Shown here one piece after another: positions 46,882 to 55,712 of a stretch of 64,000 bases of DNA. The notes beneath the pieces are model-generated. The model was not told the DNA's origin, did no database searches, and saw only the letters and a list, made by a program, of their open reading frames with translations. A program made the position numbers and the translations under genes. The stretch covers positions 41,135 to 105,134 of the IMG/VR virus record IMGVR_UViG_3300017963_000011; one strand, written 5' to 3'. The number at the start of each line of letters is the position of its first letter. Positions within the stretch are counted from its first letter, which is position 1. Source of the stretch: a virus.

Positions 46882-47066
46882 TTGTCACCGTCCTTTTCAT
46901 AGAGCCAGTGCAGTTCTTTGTACGGACACTTCGAGCAGTCGACCTCGAATGCGTTGCGCCCGATGATCGACGGGTGCTTGCAGGAGAAGTCCCATGCGCT
47001 GCGCCACTTGCATGTGTGGTCAGAGGCTGCCGGGCCATCCGGTAGCCAGAACCTCGGTCTTGCCAT
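46875..47066 (-). CDS. Small Cys-rich protein
   Basis: Palindrome 47079 and GGAGG SD. Confidence 0.55.
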   Translation of the reverse strand: MARPRFWLPDGPAASDHTCKWRSAWDFSCKHPSIIGRNAFEVDCSKCPYKELHWLYEKDGDKC

Positions 47067-47093
47067 AGCAGCCTCCATTCTCGGCGCCGAGAC

Positions 47094-47321
47094 TCAGTAG
47101 TTTACAGCGTGGACCAACGTGTCGAGACAGTTGATGCCATCGGGCCATGTGAAGCAGTCGATGTCTTCGATCTCCTCGACCCACACGCCATCTTTCAGGA
47201 CGCCGGGATCGGCTGCGCGGTTCACCACGCAGCCGCCCTCGACGACATACCAGTCACCGTACACGAGCACCATGCAAGGGGTGCCTTCGGAACCGTAGGT
47301 TCCCCGGATCGTTCGTCTCAT
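47094..47321 (-). CDS. Hypothetical protein
   Basis: ATGA overlap; stop abuts the palindrome. Confidence 0.55.
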   Translation of the reverse strand: MRRTIRGTYGSEGTPCMVLVYGDWYVVEGGCVVNRAADPGVLKDGVWVEEIEDIDCFTWPDGINCLDTLVHAVNY

Positions 47322-48019
47322 TCCCATTCTCCCGTCACGTTGCCGTCGTCGTCGATCTTGCGGGTCATGTAGGGCTTTTTCTCGAACCATTCGGTGTCGA
47401 TGGCGAAGCAGCACACGCCGCTCGTCGGGCTCCAGTAGCTCTCGCGGCCAGTCATGTACTCCTCGAAGCTGGATGGAGTGCCCAGGTCGCCGGCATTGGG
47501 CACGCACGGCGAACAGCGATGGGCGAAGGTCACGATGGGAGCATCGAGGACGAAGATGATCTCCGCCCCGCCGAGGTAGGACATCTCGTAGATGAAACCG
47601 CCCTCTTCCAGCCGGTACGTCGGCTCGTCGCACTCCCACTGTTCCATGTAGGCGTCGATGAGTTCGGTTTCACCGTCGAATTCGACATCGACAGACACAT
47701 TGGTAGTGATGATGTCTCCGTCGTCATCGTCGATGATTTCGTCGAAATCGTGGATGAGATCGGCGCAGACTTGCTCGCGGATCGTGTCGATCATGTTGTC
47801 GGCCCTGCGCTTGGCTTCTTCCAGAGCCTTGCGGATTTGCTGCTTGATCTCTTCTCGTTTCTGCTCGACGGTCACGTTGGTGCCGTGCTCGAAGATGTGC
47901 TCCATGAGTTCGGGTACCCTGTTCCCGTAGATTGTGCCGTAGGCGATGCCCTTCTTCGGATGCACGTTGGCGATCTGCCCATCGTGAGGCAGGTTCGGAT
48001 TGATGGTCGATCTTGCCAT
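47318..48019 (-). CDS. Acidic hypothetical protein
   Basis: Palindrome 48036 and GAAAGGA SD; CSPCVPNAGDL motif. Confidence 0.7.
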   Translation of the reverse strand: MARSTINPNLPHDGQIANVHPKKGIAYGTIYGNRVPELMEHIFEHGTNVTVEQKREEIKQQIRKALEEAKRRADNMIDTIREQVCADLIHDFDEIIDDDDGDIITTNVSVDVEFDGETELIDAYMEQWECDEPTYRLEEGGFIYEMSYLGGAEIIFVLDAPIVTFAHRCSPCVPNAGDLGTPSSFEEYMTGRESYWSPTSGVCCFAIDTEWFEKKPYMTRKIDDDGNVTGEWE

Positions 48020-48049
48020 GTCAGAGTCCTTTCATTCTCGGCGCCGAGA

Positions 48050-48493
48050 TTAGGCGGCGTTGTTCAACTCTTTCTCGAATCTGCAAGCCGGGCAGCAACC
48101 GGCCTTTGTGGGCTCGCGCTTGTCACGGCCGCACTTCTCGCACTTGTATTTCTCTTCGATCTCCTCGATAGTGGTGACGTACACGAAGCCCTGATCGCTC
48201 TCCTCCAGATGAACTTCCCTGACCCCCTCCAACTCCGGGAACATGGCGACATCTTCTTCCGTGACCTGGAAGATGTCGATGGGCTTGTGCGGGCACTCGT
48301 CGGCCTCGCAGCCGTCCTCACCGTAAGCCTCGCACTTCTCTTCGTCGCACGGGTACTCTCGCTCGCCGCCCCCTTCCATCATGATGTCGTAGAAGTAGGG
48401 AGCGTAGAGCATTTCTGCCTCGAACTTGCCGGGCGAGCGGATCACGCCATGCTCGTCCACCTTGTAGTCTCTGAGGATTTTTTCTCTGGTCAT
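48050..48493 (-). CDS. Acidic hypothetical protein with a C-terminal Zn ribbon
   Basis: PGKFEAE..Y..YFY, ESDQGFV, CEKC..CPAC. Confidence 0.65.
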   Translation of the reverse strand: MTREKILRDYKVDEHGVIRSPGKFEAEMLYAPYFYDIMMEGGGEREYPCDEEKCEAYGEDGCEADECPHKPIDIFQVTEEDVAMFPELEGVREVHLEESDQGFVYVTTIEEIEEKYKCEKCGRDKREPTKAGCCPACRFEKELNNAA

Positions 48494-48597
48494 CCCGACC
48501 ACCTTTCAGTCTCGGCGCCGAGATTGCTCGGCGCCGGCTAGTTCCATGTACCCTCACCCTATAGGGCCGAGAATGGCAACCGTGGTAGCGCTATCCC

Positions 48598-49194
48598 CTA
48601 GTCTTTGTACTCATCAGTCTTGAGCCAGTTCAGGAACCACTCGCTCTCCTTGAACTCTGAAACGCAGACAGGCCAGGAACCATCCCAGGTTCCATCGTGA
48701 GTGTGTTCGTCGTGGAAGTCCTGCACGTAGTCATCGTAGGCACGGAGAACTTGTTTGTCGTCTGCTTCACTCGGGTCGAGGAAGATTACGTCGTCGAAGT
48801 GACCGAAGCCCCGAGCCCCCTCGTCGAGCTTGTCGGTCAAGATCCCCCACACTTCCGTGCGTGACCAGAAACCAGAACCATGCCCTTGTCGAGAGAGCCA
48901 GAAGTCGCACGCTGCTTTCTCGATACGATGCGGGCCTATCATGCGCCCGAATCTTTGAAGGAATCGGGCGCAGTCTTCGCGCATCTTCTTGAGCGTGTCT
49001 TTCCCTAACTCTTCCCGTAGATTCTCCGTGCTTGAATTCGTGCGGCTGTCCGGGCACTCGGCCCAGCACGCGGAGTCCACGTAGGTTTCATAGAAGCGGT
49101 CCAGGTCTTTGTACGGGCACTTGAGCCCGCAGTTTTCTTGTTGAGATGCGCTTGCATCACACTCGATCCTGCCTTCTTTGCAGAACATAGGCAT
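48598..49194 (-). CDS. Phage early-type hypothetical protein
   Basis: DFWLSRQGHGSGFWSR recalls the DFWLTRNGHG.GFWDR phage family; palindrome 49203 and SD. Confidence 0.7.
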   Translation of the reverse strand: MPMFCKEGRIECDASASQQENCGLKCPYKDLDRFYETYVDSACWAECPDSRTNSSTENLREELGKDTLKKMREDCARFLQRFGRMIGPHRIEKAACDFWLSRQGHGSGFWSRTEVWGILTDKLDEGARGFGHFDDVIFLDPSEADDKQVLRAYDDYVQDFHDEHTHDGTWDGSWPVCVSEFKESEWFLNWLKTDEYKD

Positions 49195-49216
49195 CCTTTC
49201 ATTCTCGGCGCCGAGA

Positions 49217-49609
49217 TTAGAAGTCGATGTAATCGAGAATCTTCTTGAGCAGATTGATAGGCGCAAGGTCATCCCACTTGGTCTTGCGCTTCTCGTTGAG
49301 AGACTCGTCGGCGTTGCTGTAGAATGCCCCCGTTTCGATCCTGTCAATGGCGAAGATCTCTACCCCGCAGTAGCCGTGCCTGCGATTGATTGTGAGCACG
49401 TAGGTGTACGGCACCTTCACGCCCCACTGGTCGCGAATCAACTCGCGGAAGACATGGATCTCATCTGACTCTCCAGCCTGGAGAGTGACCGTGTGCCTGC
49501 CCACTTTGTCTCGGTACGTGAGCGTGAGAGCACGGTTGTAGCGCTGGGCTTCCCGCGCCTCGTCCCACGTTTCGTGCTTGATCTCGTAGTTGCGCACCGT
49601 TCTGATCAT
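49217..49609 (-). CDS. Hypothetical protein
   Basis: ATGA overlap; stop abuts the palindrome. Confidence 0.6.
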   Translation of the reverse strand: MIRTVRNYEIKHETWDEAREAQRYNRALTLTYRDKVGRHTVTLQAGESDEIHVFRELIRDQWGVKVPYTYVLTINRRHGYCGVEIFAIDRIETGAFYSNADESLNEKRKTKWDDLAPINLLKKILDYIDF

Positions 49610-50166
49610 TCGATACCCTCTCCGTCACCGATGAATTCGGCGCTCTTGCCTTCCTCGAAGGTGTTCTGGATGTCGTCCCAGTTGTCGTACCCACAGCCCT
49701 CACAGGCGAAGGTATCCTCTCCAGGTTCCCCCACCTTGAAGTCTCTTCCGCAGTTGTAGCACGTGAAGCGGCCGTCCCAGTTTCCACGCTTGAGCATGCA
49801 GTACAGGCGCTGGAACTGTGTTGAGATGTTGAAGCTCGACGCTCCCCACGGGTCATGCTTGTCGCCTGACACATCAGGAAGCTCCGGCCAGCCCAGGCCA
49901 AGGGCTTGCTTGATCTCGACATAGCCGGCGGCCATGCTGAGAGCTTGCGAGATACGTGCGATGATCTTGTCACGGAGTTCGTTGCTGATCTGGCGGTATA
50001 GCTTGCCCTTCATTTTGCACCAGAAGAATTGCGGGATACCGCCTTCGTTCAAGTCGTGCTCGATGATGAGCGCCTTGCCATCCTCACGTGGCTCGAAACC
50101 GATGCTTCCACACTGATACTGTACCAGTTTCACGCGGTCCTCCTTGCACTTGCGTAGTGATTGCAC
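49606..50166 (-). CDS. Hypothetical protein with a Zn ribbon
   Basis: CYNC...CEGC; start position uncertain. Confidence 0.6.
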   Translation of the reverse strand: MQSLRKCKEDRVKLVQYQCGSIGFEPREDGKALIIEHDLNEGGIPQFFWCKMKGKLYRQISNELRDKIIARISQALSMAAGYVEIKQALGLGWPELPDVSGDKHDPWGASSFNISTQFQRLYCMLKRGNWDGRFTCYNCGRDFKVGEPGEDTFACEGCGYDNWDDIQNTFEEGKSAEFIGDGEGIE

Positions 50167-50354
50167 TTGTTCGTGCGCATTGCCTCGTTGAACTCGTCCT
50201 TCGTCACGTAGCGATTGTCACAAGCGGCCTCATCCTTTGGACAGGTGGGCGTACACTTGCATCCCTTGTAGAAGAAGAGACATCCCGAGCACAGGTCGCC
50301 GATGTGATCCTCTTCTGTCTCGCCGTACCACGGCATCCTCTTAGGCTTTCGCAT
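50130..50354 (-). CDS. Small Cys-rich protein
   Basis: Palindrome 50367 and AAGGAGG SD. Confidence 0.55.
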   Translation of the reverse strand: MRKPKRMPWYGETEEDHIGDLCSGCLFFYKGCKCTPTCPKDEAACDNRYVTKDEFNEAMRTNKCNHYASARRTA

Positions 50355-50823
50355 TGCCCTCCTTAGTCTCGGCGCCGAGACTGGGCTCGATGAGCCCGAG
50401 CCTCGTGTTCACCTCGTTACGCAGGCGTTTGTACTCGACGAGCATCTTGTCCCACACGGCTTGCATGCCATGCTTGACGTAGGTGCAAGCGAGCGAGATA
50501 CCATCCCCGCTGGAGCTATCCGTGCGTGCCGGTCGTCCGTTGATGAGCCAACAGCCCGGCCTCCCGTTCTTTTCGTCATACGCATGCCAGGAGACGCACC
50601 TGCCTCGCACCGCTTTCTGGCACCCCGTTTTGACGATGGAGCCGTTTTCCTCGATCCGTTCTACGATGCCCGTATATAGATCGAAACGCACCGCAGCATA
50701 CATGTTGTCCGTCACTACGAAGATGTAATCGCGCTCGAAAACATCACCAGGTACGTAGCCTTCGCCGTTGTTTCTCCCGCTCACATAGAGCTTGAACTCG
50801 ATCTCAGGCATGTCATTCTCCAA
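50341..50823 (-). CDS. Hypothetical protein
   Basis: 160 aa; the palindrome is encoded in its last codons (LGAE). Confidence 0.6.
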   Translation of the reverse strand: MENDMPEIEFKLYVSGRNNGEGYVPGDVFERDYIFVVTDNMYAAVRFDLYTGIVERIEENGSIVKTGCQKAVRGRCVSWHAYDEKNGRPGCWLINGRPARTDSSSGDGISLACTYVKHGMQAVWDKMLVEYKRLRNEVNTRLGLIEPSLGAETKEGNAKA

Positions 50824-51190
50824 TCAATGCGTAGAGTTCCCCCACGGCTTTTGCCATGAGACTACGTAGTTTCCGTCCGATTCGAGACGACTCTTCAACG
50901 CTGATACCAGTGGGCTGCACCACTCCCGAACCTACTGTGCGAGGGATATGCAGTCCACCGCCCTGGCGCCAGATCGCATGCGCCTGTCCGAAGGCGACCA
51001 GCGCATGCTCTAGTTCATCCCGCCCGATACGCGCCAGGCATTTGGCGATAGCGCTCTCCATAGAGCGCACGAGCTTGTCTTCGTCCAGGCAGTAGTAGAC
51101 CTTGCGCTGGAATGCGAGATCCGCGTCATGCGCTTTCGGTTGCGTCATGATCTTGAGCACGAGTCCGTTGAACTCATTGATGACCGACAT
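50813..51190 (-). CDS. Hypothetical protein
   Basis: Palindrome 51206 and GGGAG SD. Confidence 0.6.
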   Translation of the reverse strand: MSVINEFNGLVLKIMTQPKAHDADLAFQRKVYYCLDEDKLVRSMESAIAKCLARIGRDELEHALVAFGQAHAIWRQGGGLHIPRTVGSGVVQPTGISVEESSRIGRKLRSLMAKAVGELYALIGE

Positions 51191-51191
51191 C

Positions 51192-51533
51192 TCACTCCCA
51201 TTCATTCTCGGCGCCGAGAATGGGCTCGATCTCTTGCCAAGCCCATCCCATGCGCTTCCAGAAATTGTCGAGCACAGGGCTGGAGATGTGCAGCCACCAC
51301 ATGATCCCGAGCGTAATCCCGAGATTGATCTGTGCGCTTTTCACGTTGTCCTCGTCGAGAGCCGCAGTGACTTTCTTGAGAGTCTCTCGCATGCGCAAGG
51401 CCAGTTCGCGCGGGGTCTGTGTACGGAAGAAGTCATCGTAGATGACCTTCATGCGGAGCCGAGCCACGCATGGATGCTTCTCGATGATCTTGTCGACGAG
51501 CCTCTGAAGTTCCATCATCCTGTCACGCTTCAC
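51192..51533 (-). CDS. Hypothetical protein
   Basis: GTGA overlap with the upstream gene. Confidence 0.55.
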   Translation of the reverse strand: MKRDRMMELQRLVDKIIEKHPCVARLRMKVIYDDFFRTQTPRELALRMRETLKKVTAALDEDNVKSAQINLGITLGIMWWLHISSPVLDNFWKRMGWAWQEIEPILGAENEWE

Positions 51534-51832
51534 ACCATCCCCCTCGCGTGGAGTTCGTCTTGCAGGCGGATCTTGAGCTTGGCCAGCTTCTGAAACTGCG
51601 TGACGAGATCGCCGCAATACGCCTTCTGCACGATCTTGTTGTCCTGCGCCGTCTTGAATGAGTCTACGGCTGCCTTGATCCGAACCCATGCGCTTCGCAG
51701 GCAGCCGATGCGCCTGTCCTTGTGCATGCAGTCGACGAAGTTCTGGACTGCGAGCGAGGCATCGGCTACGCTCTCCTTCAGATGGTTGACGAGCCCTAGC
51801 CCTACCTTCTCCGCAGGATTGATCCCAGACAT
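51530..51832 (-). CDS. Hypothetical protein
   Basis: Variant palindrome 51845 and GGAGG SD. Confidence 0.6.
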   Translation of the reverse strand: MSGINPAEKVGLGLVNHLKESVADASLAVQNFVDCMHKDRRIGCLRSAWVRIKAAVDSFKTAQDNKIVQKAYCGDLVTQFQKLAKLKIRLQDELHARGMV

Positions 51833-51858
51833 AGTTGCCTCCATTCTCGGTGCCGAGA

Positions 51859-52071
51859 TTACTTGCTCATCAGCGTGCGCCACACGCTGCCTTCACCCTT
51901 GAGAACGACCCGACTCGTGGGCTCACCGTTGACGAGATCCACGACGAGCATGAGAGCCGTGACCCATGCTTGCTTGGCGAGTTCTCTGTACTTGGCGAGC
52001 GCTCTCCCGTAGTTCGTAAACGGCTCTGGCTTAGTCTTGCCGAATTGCGGGTTCACGATGACGAAGTACAT
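51859..52071 (-). CDS. Hypothetical protein
   Basis: Palindrome 52087 and GAGGAG SD. Confidence 0.6.
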   Translation of the reverse strand: MYFVIVNPQFGKTKPEPFTNYGRALAKYRELAKQAWVTALMLVVDLVNGEPTSRVVLKGEGSVWRTLMSK

Positions 52072-52189
52072 TCGGGCTCCTCTCATTCTCGGCGCCGAGA
52101 TTGATCGGCACCGAATTCGTACTTGGCTTCTCAGGGGCGATGTGCATGCCCCTCTACCCTATAGGGCCGAGAATGGCAAGGTTGTACGC

Positions 52190-52217
52190 AAAAAAAAAAG
52201 CCAGCCCGAAGGCTGGC
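52190..52217 (-). terminator. Intrinsic terminator
   Basis: GCCAGCC-TTCG-GGCTGGC followed by T10 on the minus strand. Confidence 0.85.
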
Positions 52218-52264
52218 GTGGAGAGTTCAACGCGATTGGAGCATTGTCGTTGTGGGGCGTGCCC

Positions 52265-52279
52265 CTACCCCGGACGCAT
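52265..52279 (-). other. Minigene MRPG behind a perfect SD
   Basis: GGGAGGTGAT-TGAG-ATG CGT CCG GGG TAG, between a promoter motif and a terminator. Confidence 0.5.
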
Positions 52280-52348
52280 CTCAATCACCTCCCGATCAAG
52301 GGAACACATTGTTCAACCTATAGTGCCGAGAATGGCAACGTGGTAGCG

Positions 52349-52681
52349 CTACGCTCTGGGATCTCCGATGTAGGTGCCATCGGCTCTGAAGTCGCCGCCC
52401 TTGTGGCCAACGATCCGAGCCATCTTTCCCTCGCCAGCGTACCATAGATCACCGAGCCAGTCACAGATGTTGCACGCGGCCCAATAAGCAAACTTCTCGC
52501 CATTGCCGCAACCAAAGTCTTCGTACTTAGGCCACGCCTGATTGGGGAAGCGTACCTCGATCCGGCGCATGCGCTTGTAGAGCGGGCAGGCTTTGCCACC
52601 GTGTCTGTCTTCGAGGAAGCAATGCCAGGCAATGAAGAGGTCCATTCGAGTGAAGGTGCCATCCCAATGACCCTTGAACAT
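52349..52681 (-). CDS. Hypothetical protein
   Basis: Promoter motif 52747, palindrome 52693, GGAGG SD. Confidence 0.6.
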   Translation of the reverse strand: MFKGHWDGTFTRMDLFIAWHCFLEDRHGGKACPLYKRMRRIEVRFPNQAWPKYEDFGCGNGEKFAYWAACNICDWLGDLWYAGEGKMARIVGHKGGDFRADGTYIGDPRA

Positions 52682-52715
52682 TCAGCCTCCATTCTCGGCG
52701 CCGAGAATGAGCGCC

Positions 52716-52859
52716 GATCCGATCCGATGCGATTCGCAAATGCTCTCACCCTATAGGGCCGAGAATGGCAACGTTGATCCGGCGCGATTGATCCCATGCG
52801 ATTCGCTCATGATCCGACGCGATTCGCCTTGATCCGACGCATGATCCCATGCGATTCGC
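52716..52859. repeat. Direct repeats GATCC(G/C)A(T/C)GCGATTCGC
   Basis: Full copies at 52721, 52790, 52811 and 52843; partial copies at 52776 and 52831. Confidence 0.75.
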
Positions 52860-52863
52860 GTAT

Positions 52864-52895
52864 AAAAAAAAAAGCCCCGCACATTGTGCGGGGCT
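52864..52895 (-). terminator. Intrinsic terminator
   Basis: AGCCCCGCACA-A-TGTGCGGGGCT followed by a long T run on the minus strand. Confidence 0.85.
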
Positions 52896-52943
52896 CGTCT
52901 CCGTCGCCTCTTGCGGCCGATAGAATGTTGGGTATATGTTGTG

Positions 52944-52961
52944 TCAATGATCGGGATGCAT
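52944..52961 (-). other. Minigene MHPDH behind an SD
   Basis: GGAGGT-AGTC-ATG CAT CCC GAT CAT TGA, upstream of a terminator. Confidence 0.4.
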
Positions 52962-54132
52962 GACTACCTCCAGAGTAAGAGCGCGCCCCCCTGTTTTATT
53001 AGACGGCGGGGGGCTAGTTAGTACCGTCATCCTCTTGATCGTTGGATGTACGCCGGGCGGCTCAACTGCTCACGAGTTATGCCTTGCAATTATCACGACT
53101 TGTGCCGTGTGCGTGGGGCCTCGGTCACAGGAGCCTTGTGCCCGTAAAACGAAACCCGGCTAGGGAGGATGGGAAGTGTCGTAGTTGTTACGGAGCACTG
53201 ATCCTCATTCCATTCTCGGCGCCGAGAATGCCGGTCACTCTCGGCCGCCCTTCGGCTTTGGGCTTGCTGCCCGTCACCCTATAGTGCCGAGAATGGCAAG
53301 CCTCTGCCGGGACGCGTTTCTACATCTATTATATAGCATGTTTCCAGGTCGTATTCCACTACCCTCTCGCGCGCGTGCGCACGCACCACTACCCTCTCGC
53401 ATGTGTGTTCTCGTTTTCACCACCTTACCCGTCACCACCCTCTCATGCGCGTTATCACCACCTTACCCCCCACCACCTTATCGACGCGTATCACCCCCGT
53501 GCGTCATGGTTGACGCCTCGACGGGTCTACGCGCGGGCGGGCGCGGGTTGACGGGTCTACGCGGGCGGGCGCGCGTATAGTATATATAGACACGAGAGAC
53601 GCGCGCGGGCGCCCGCGCCCGCGAAGAAAGGAATCGCACGCGCGCATGCGGGCGCGCGTCCTATAGACGGGCGGGCGCGTCTATCGGGCCGGCTCGCTTC
53701 CTTTTCTTCGGGCGTGCGGGCGGGCGCATGCGTGCGCGCGTCCTATAGACGGCGCGCGAATCCATTGAATCAGCGGGCGCCGCCCATGCTACGTCTCATG
53801 GCGTAGCGCTACCACGGGCGGGCGCCGGCCGCCGGCTCGGGCCGGCGGCCCGAGCGGCCCGCAAGGCGGCGCCAGATTCGCCACGAGAGCGCCGGAATCG
53901 GCCCGAATTGGGCCGCAAGCCAGCCGGCCCGAGTATCGGCCCGGCTCGGCCCCTTGCGGCCGTTAGACGGCGAATCTGCTAGACGCTACGCACGCGCCCG
54001 CGTCTATATAGTACATGACGCACGGGCACGGGCGCGCGAAGAAAAGGAAAGGGCCGGCCCTTTCAATGCGTAGACGGGCGCGCGTATAAAGAAAGCCGCC
54101 GGGCACGGCCCGGCGGCGCTGGCGCTCGGCTG

Positions 54133-54312
54133 TCAGCCGAGCCATGCGAGCATACGCACGAGAGCGAGCCCGCCGGCCGTGCCGATCGCCATGGCGAAGG
54201 CGGCCCCTAGCAGAATCACGCGCGCCCGCATTCGACGGGCGGCGCGCTCGGCTCGTATGTCTTCGATACGAGACGGAATCACTCGAAATGAAACGCACAT
54301 GGCTTGTCTCAT
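54133..54312 (-). CDS. Small membrane protein (59 aa)
   Basis: MRQAMC...VILLGAAFAMAIGTAGGLALVRMLAWLG; ATGA overlap upstream; followed by a terminator. Confidence 0.55.
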   Translation of the reverse strand: MRQAMCVSFRVIPSRIEDIRAERAARRMRARVILLGAAFAMAIGTAGGLALVRMLAWLG

Positions 54313-54773
54313 GGCGTCTCGATTCCAGCCACGCTATATACGTCTTCGATAACGTAATACGTGGCGCCGCGCCGCCCGATATAGACAACGCGGCCCGGCT
54401 TGAAAAACGAGCCGCCCGAGCAAGACGCTTGCACGTCTTCGAAGCGGCCCATGTGTACTGTCGCCGTCTCGCCGTCTCGTGCGCGTATCACGCCGATTCG
54501 GTTATCAAGCTCGTATACATGGAATTCGGCGCCCGTACCACGGGCGGCCGGCGCTACGGTCGCCGAGCCCGGCGCAATGCCGAGCCCGGCGCCGTTTGCC
54601 GCGCCGTTTCATCCTACAAGCGAGACGAGCACGAGCACGAGCATGACGAGCCCGAGCACGGCCGAGCCGGCCCGCTTCGCCAGCCGCAAGCGGCGGGCGT
54701 CTCGCTCGGCGAGAATGGCGCGGGCGGCGCGCCGCGTTTCCTTGCGAATCTTCTTCGCCACGATACCTCGCAT
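54309..54773 (-). pseudogene. Lipoprotein-like gene with an in-frame TGA at the lipobox Cys position (pseudogene or recoded)
   Basis: MRGIVAKK...VMLVLVLVSLVG-TGA(54609-54611)-NGAANG... continues in frame to 54309; GAAAGGGG SD and a sigma54 promoter upstream. Confidence 0.6.
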
Positions 54774-54854
54774 GTGTGTTCCCCTTTCGGGAGTCTCGGC
54801 CGGCCGCTCGGCTCGGCGGCTCGGGCCGTCTAACCTATGTCGCCGAGAATGGCA

Positions 54855-54870
54855 AGCAAGGGCCGTGCCA
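54855..54870 (-). promoter_or_regulatory. Sigma54 -24/-12 promoter
   Basis: TGGCAC-GGCCC-TTGCT. Confidence 0.8.
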
Positions 54871-55302
54871 GCCGGGCCGCATTCTCGGCGCCGAGAATGA
54901 GCCGGCGCTTCGTATCATGACGCCCGATTCATTAAATTTTTTTGCCCCTGTATAGTACGCGTGCATGCGTCTATATATAGGGGCCAAATTGCTTCCTTTT
55001 CTTCGGGCGCACGGGCGCGCGCCCGTGCGGGCGCGTGCGTATAGTATATATAGACATGTATCGTCTAGCAGATTCGCCGTCTAACGGCCGATCGCCTTTC
55101 ATGCGGCCCGATACTCGGGCGGCCGGCCGATCGGCCGAATCCGGCCCGATTCCGGGCGTCTCGTGGCGAATCTGGCGCGCCGCTCGGGCGCCCGAGCGGG
55201 CCGCCGGCCGGCGGCGGGCGTAGCGCTACCACGAGACGGCGCGCGCGCGTATAAGAAAAGCCGCCGGCCGATCGGCCGGCGGCCCGAGTCTCGGCGCCGA
55301 GA

Positions 55303-55710
55303 CTACATGCGGCGGCGGCGCCGGCTCTCGTGCTCTCGCCATTCGCGCCGCATGCGGGCGTCTCGGCGGCGGGCGTCTCGATCGCGCCGCTTGTAAAGCC
55401 TACGTATGGCGTGCTCGGCGCGCTTATACGTCTCGCTCTCGGGCTCGAATTGCCCGAGTAGATTCCACAGTGGCGAATCGTCACACGTCATGCCTTCGCC
55501 GTGCTCGTTTACGGCTTGCGCTACTCGATTCAGCGCTTCGGCCGCGCCTTTTGCCATGTCTCGGGCCGTGCGGCGCTCTCGCTCGGCGCCGGGCCGGCCG
55601 GCGGCTTCGGCGAAGATTCGCATGTCGTCTTGTCTCGTGGCGTTTTTGTACATGACGCCCGCCATGAGACGCAACATGAAGGCGACGACGTTTCGCGTGT
55701 CTTTGTCCAT
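55303..55710 (-). CDS. Hypothetical protein
   Basis: 135 aa; stop abuts palindrome 55289, then a terminator. Confidence 0.6.
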   Translation of the reverse strand: MDKDTRNVVAFMLRLMAGVMYKNATRQDDMRIFAEAAGRPGAERERRTARDMAKGAAEALNRVAQAVNEHGEGMTCDDSPLWNLLGQFEPESETYKRAEHAIRRLYKRRDRDARRRDARMRREWREHESRRRRRM

Positions 55711-55712
55711 GT

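Larger units (their letters stand above)
44793..54855 (-). promoter_or_regulatory. Repeated promoter-like motif TTGCCATTCTCGGC(C/A)CTATAGG (7 copies)
   Basis: 44793-44817, 48555-48579, 52155-52179, 52315-52338, 52747-52771, 53275-53299 and a degenerate copy at 54832-54855; all intergenic and oriented with the minus-strand genes. Confidence 0.7.

Noticed and set aside
48551-48579. T7/T3-type single-subunit RNA polymerase promoter (CACCCTATAGGG resembles CACTATAGGG)
   Set aside because: That reading would fire on the + strand, against all local genes; the upstream T7 specificity region is not conserved; no such polymerase is in the window.
38803-53227. CRISPR array made of the TCTCGGCGCCGAGA repeats
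   Set aside because: The repeats are 14 bp and separated by hundreds to thousands of bases of intact genes, not 30-40 bp spacers; no cas genes are present.
38803-53227. Classical integron attC cassette array
   Set aside because: The sites lack RYYYAAC/GTTRRRY ends and attC length, and no IntI-like integrase is in the window. Only the general cassette idea is kept as a hypothesis.
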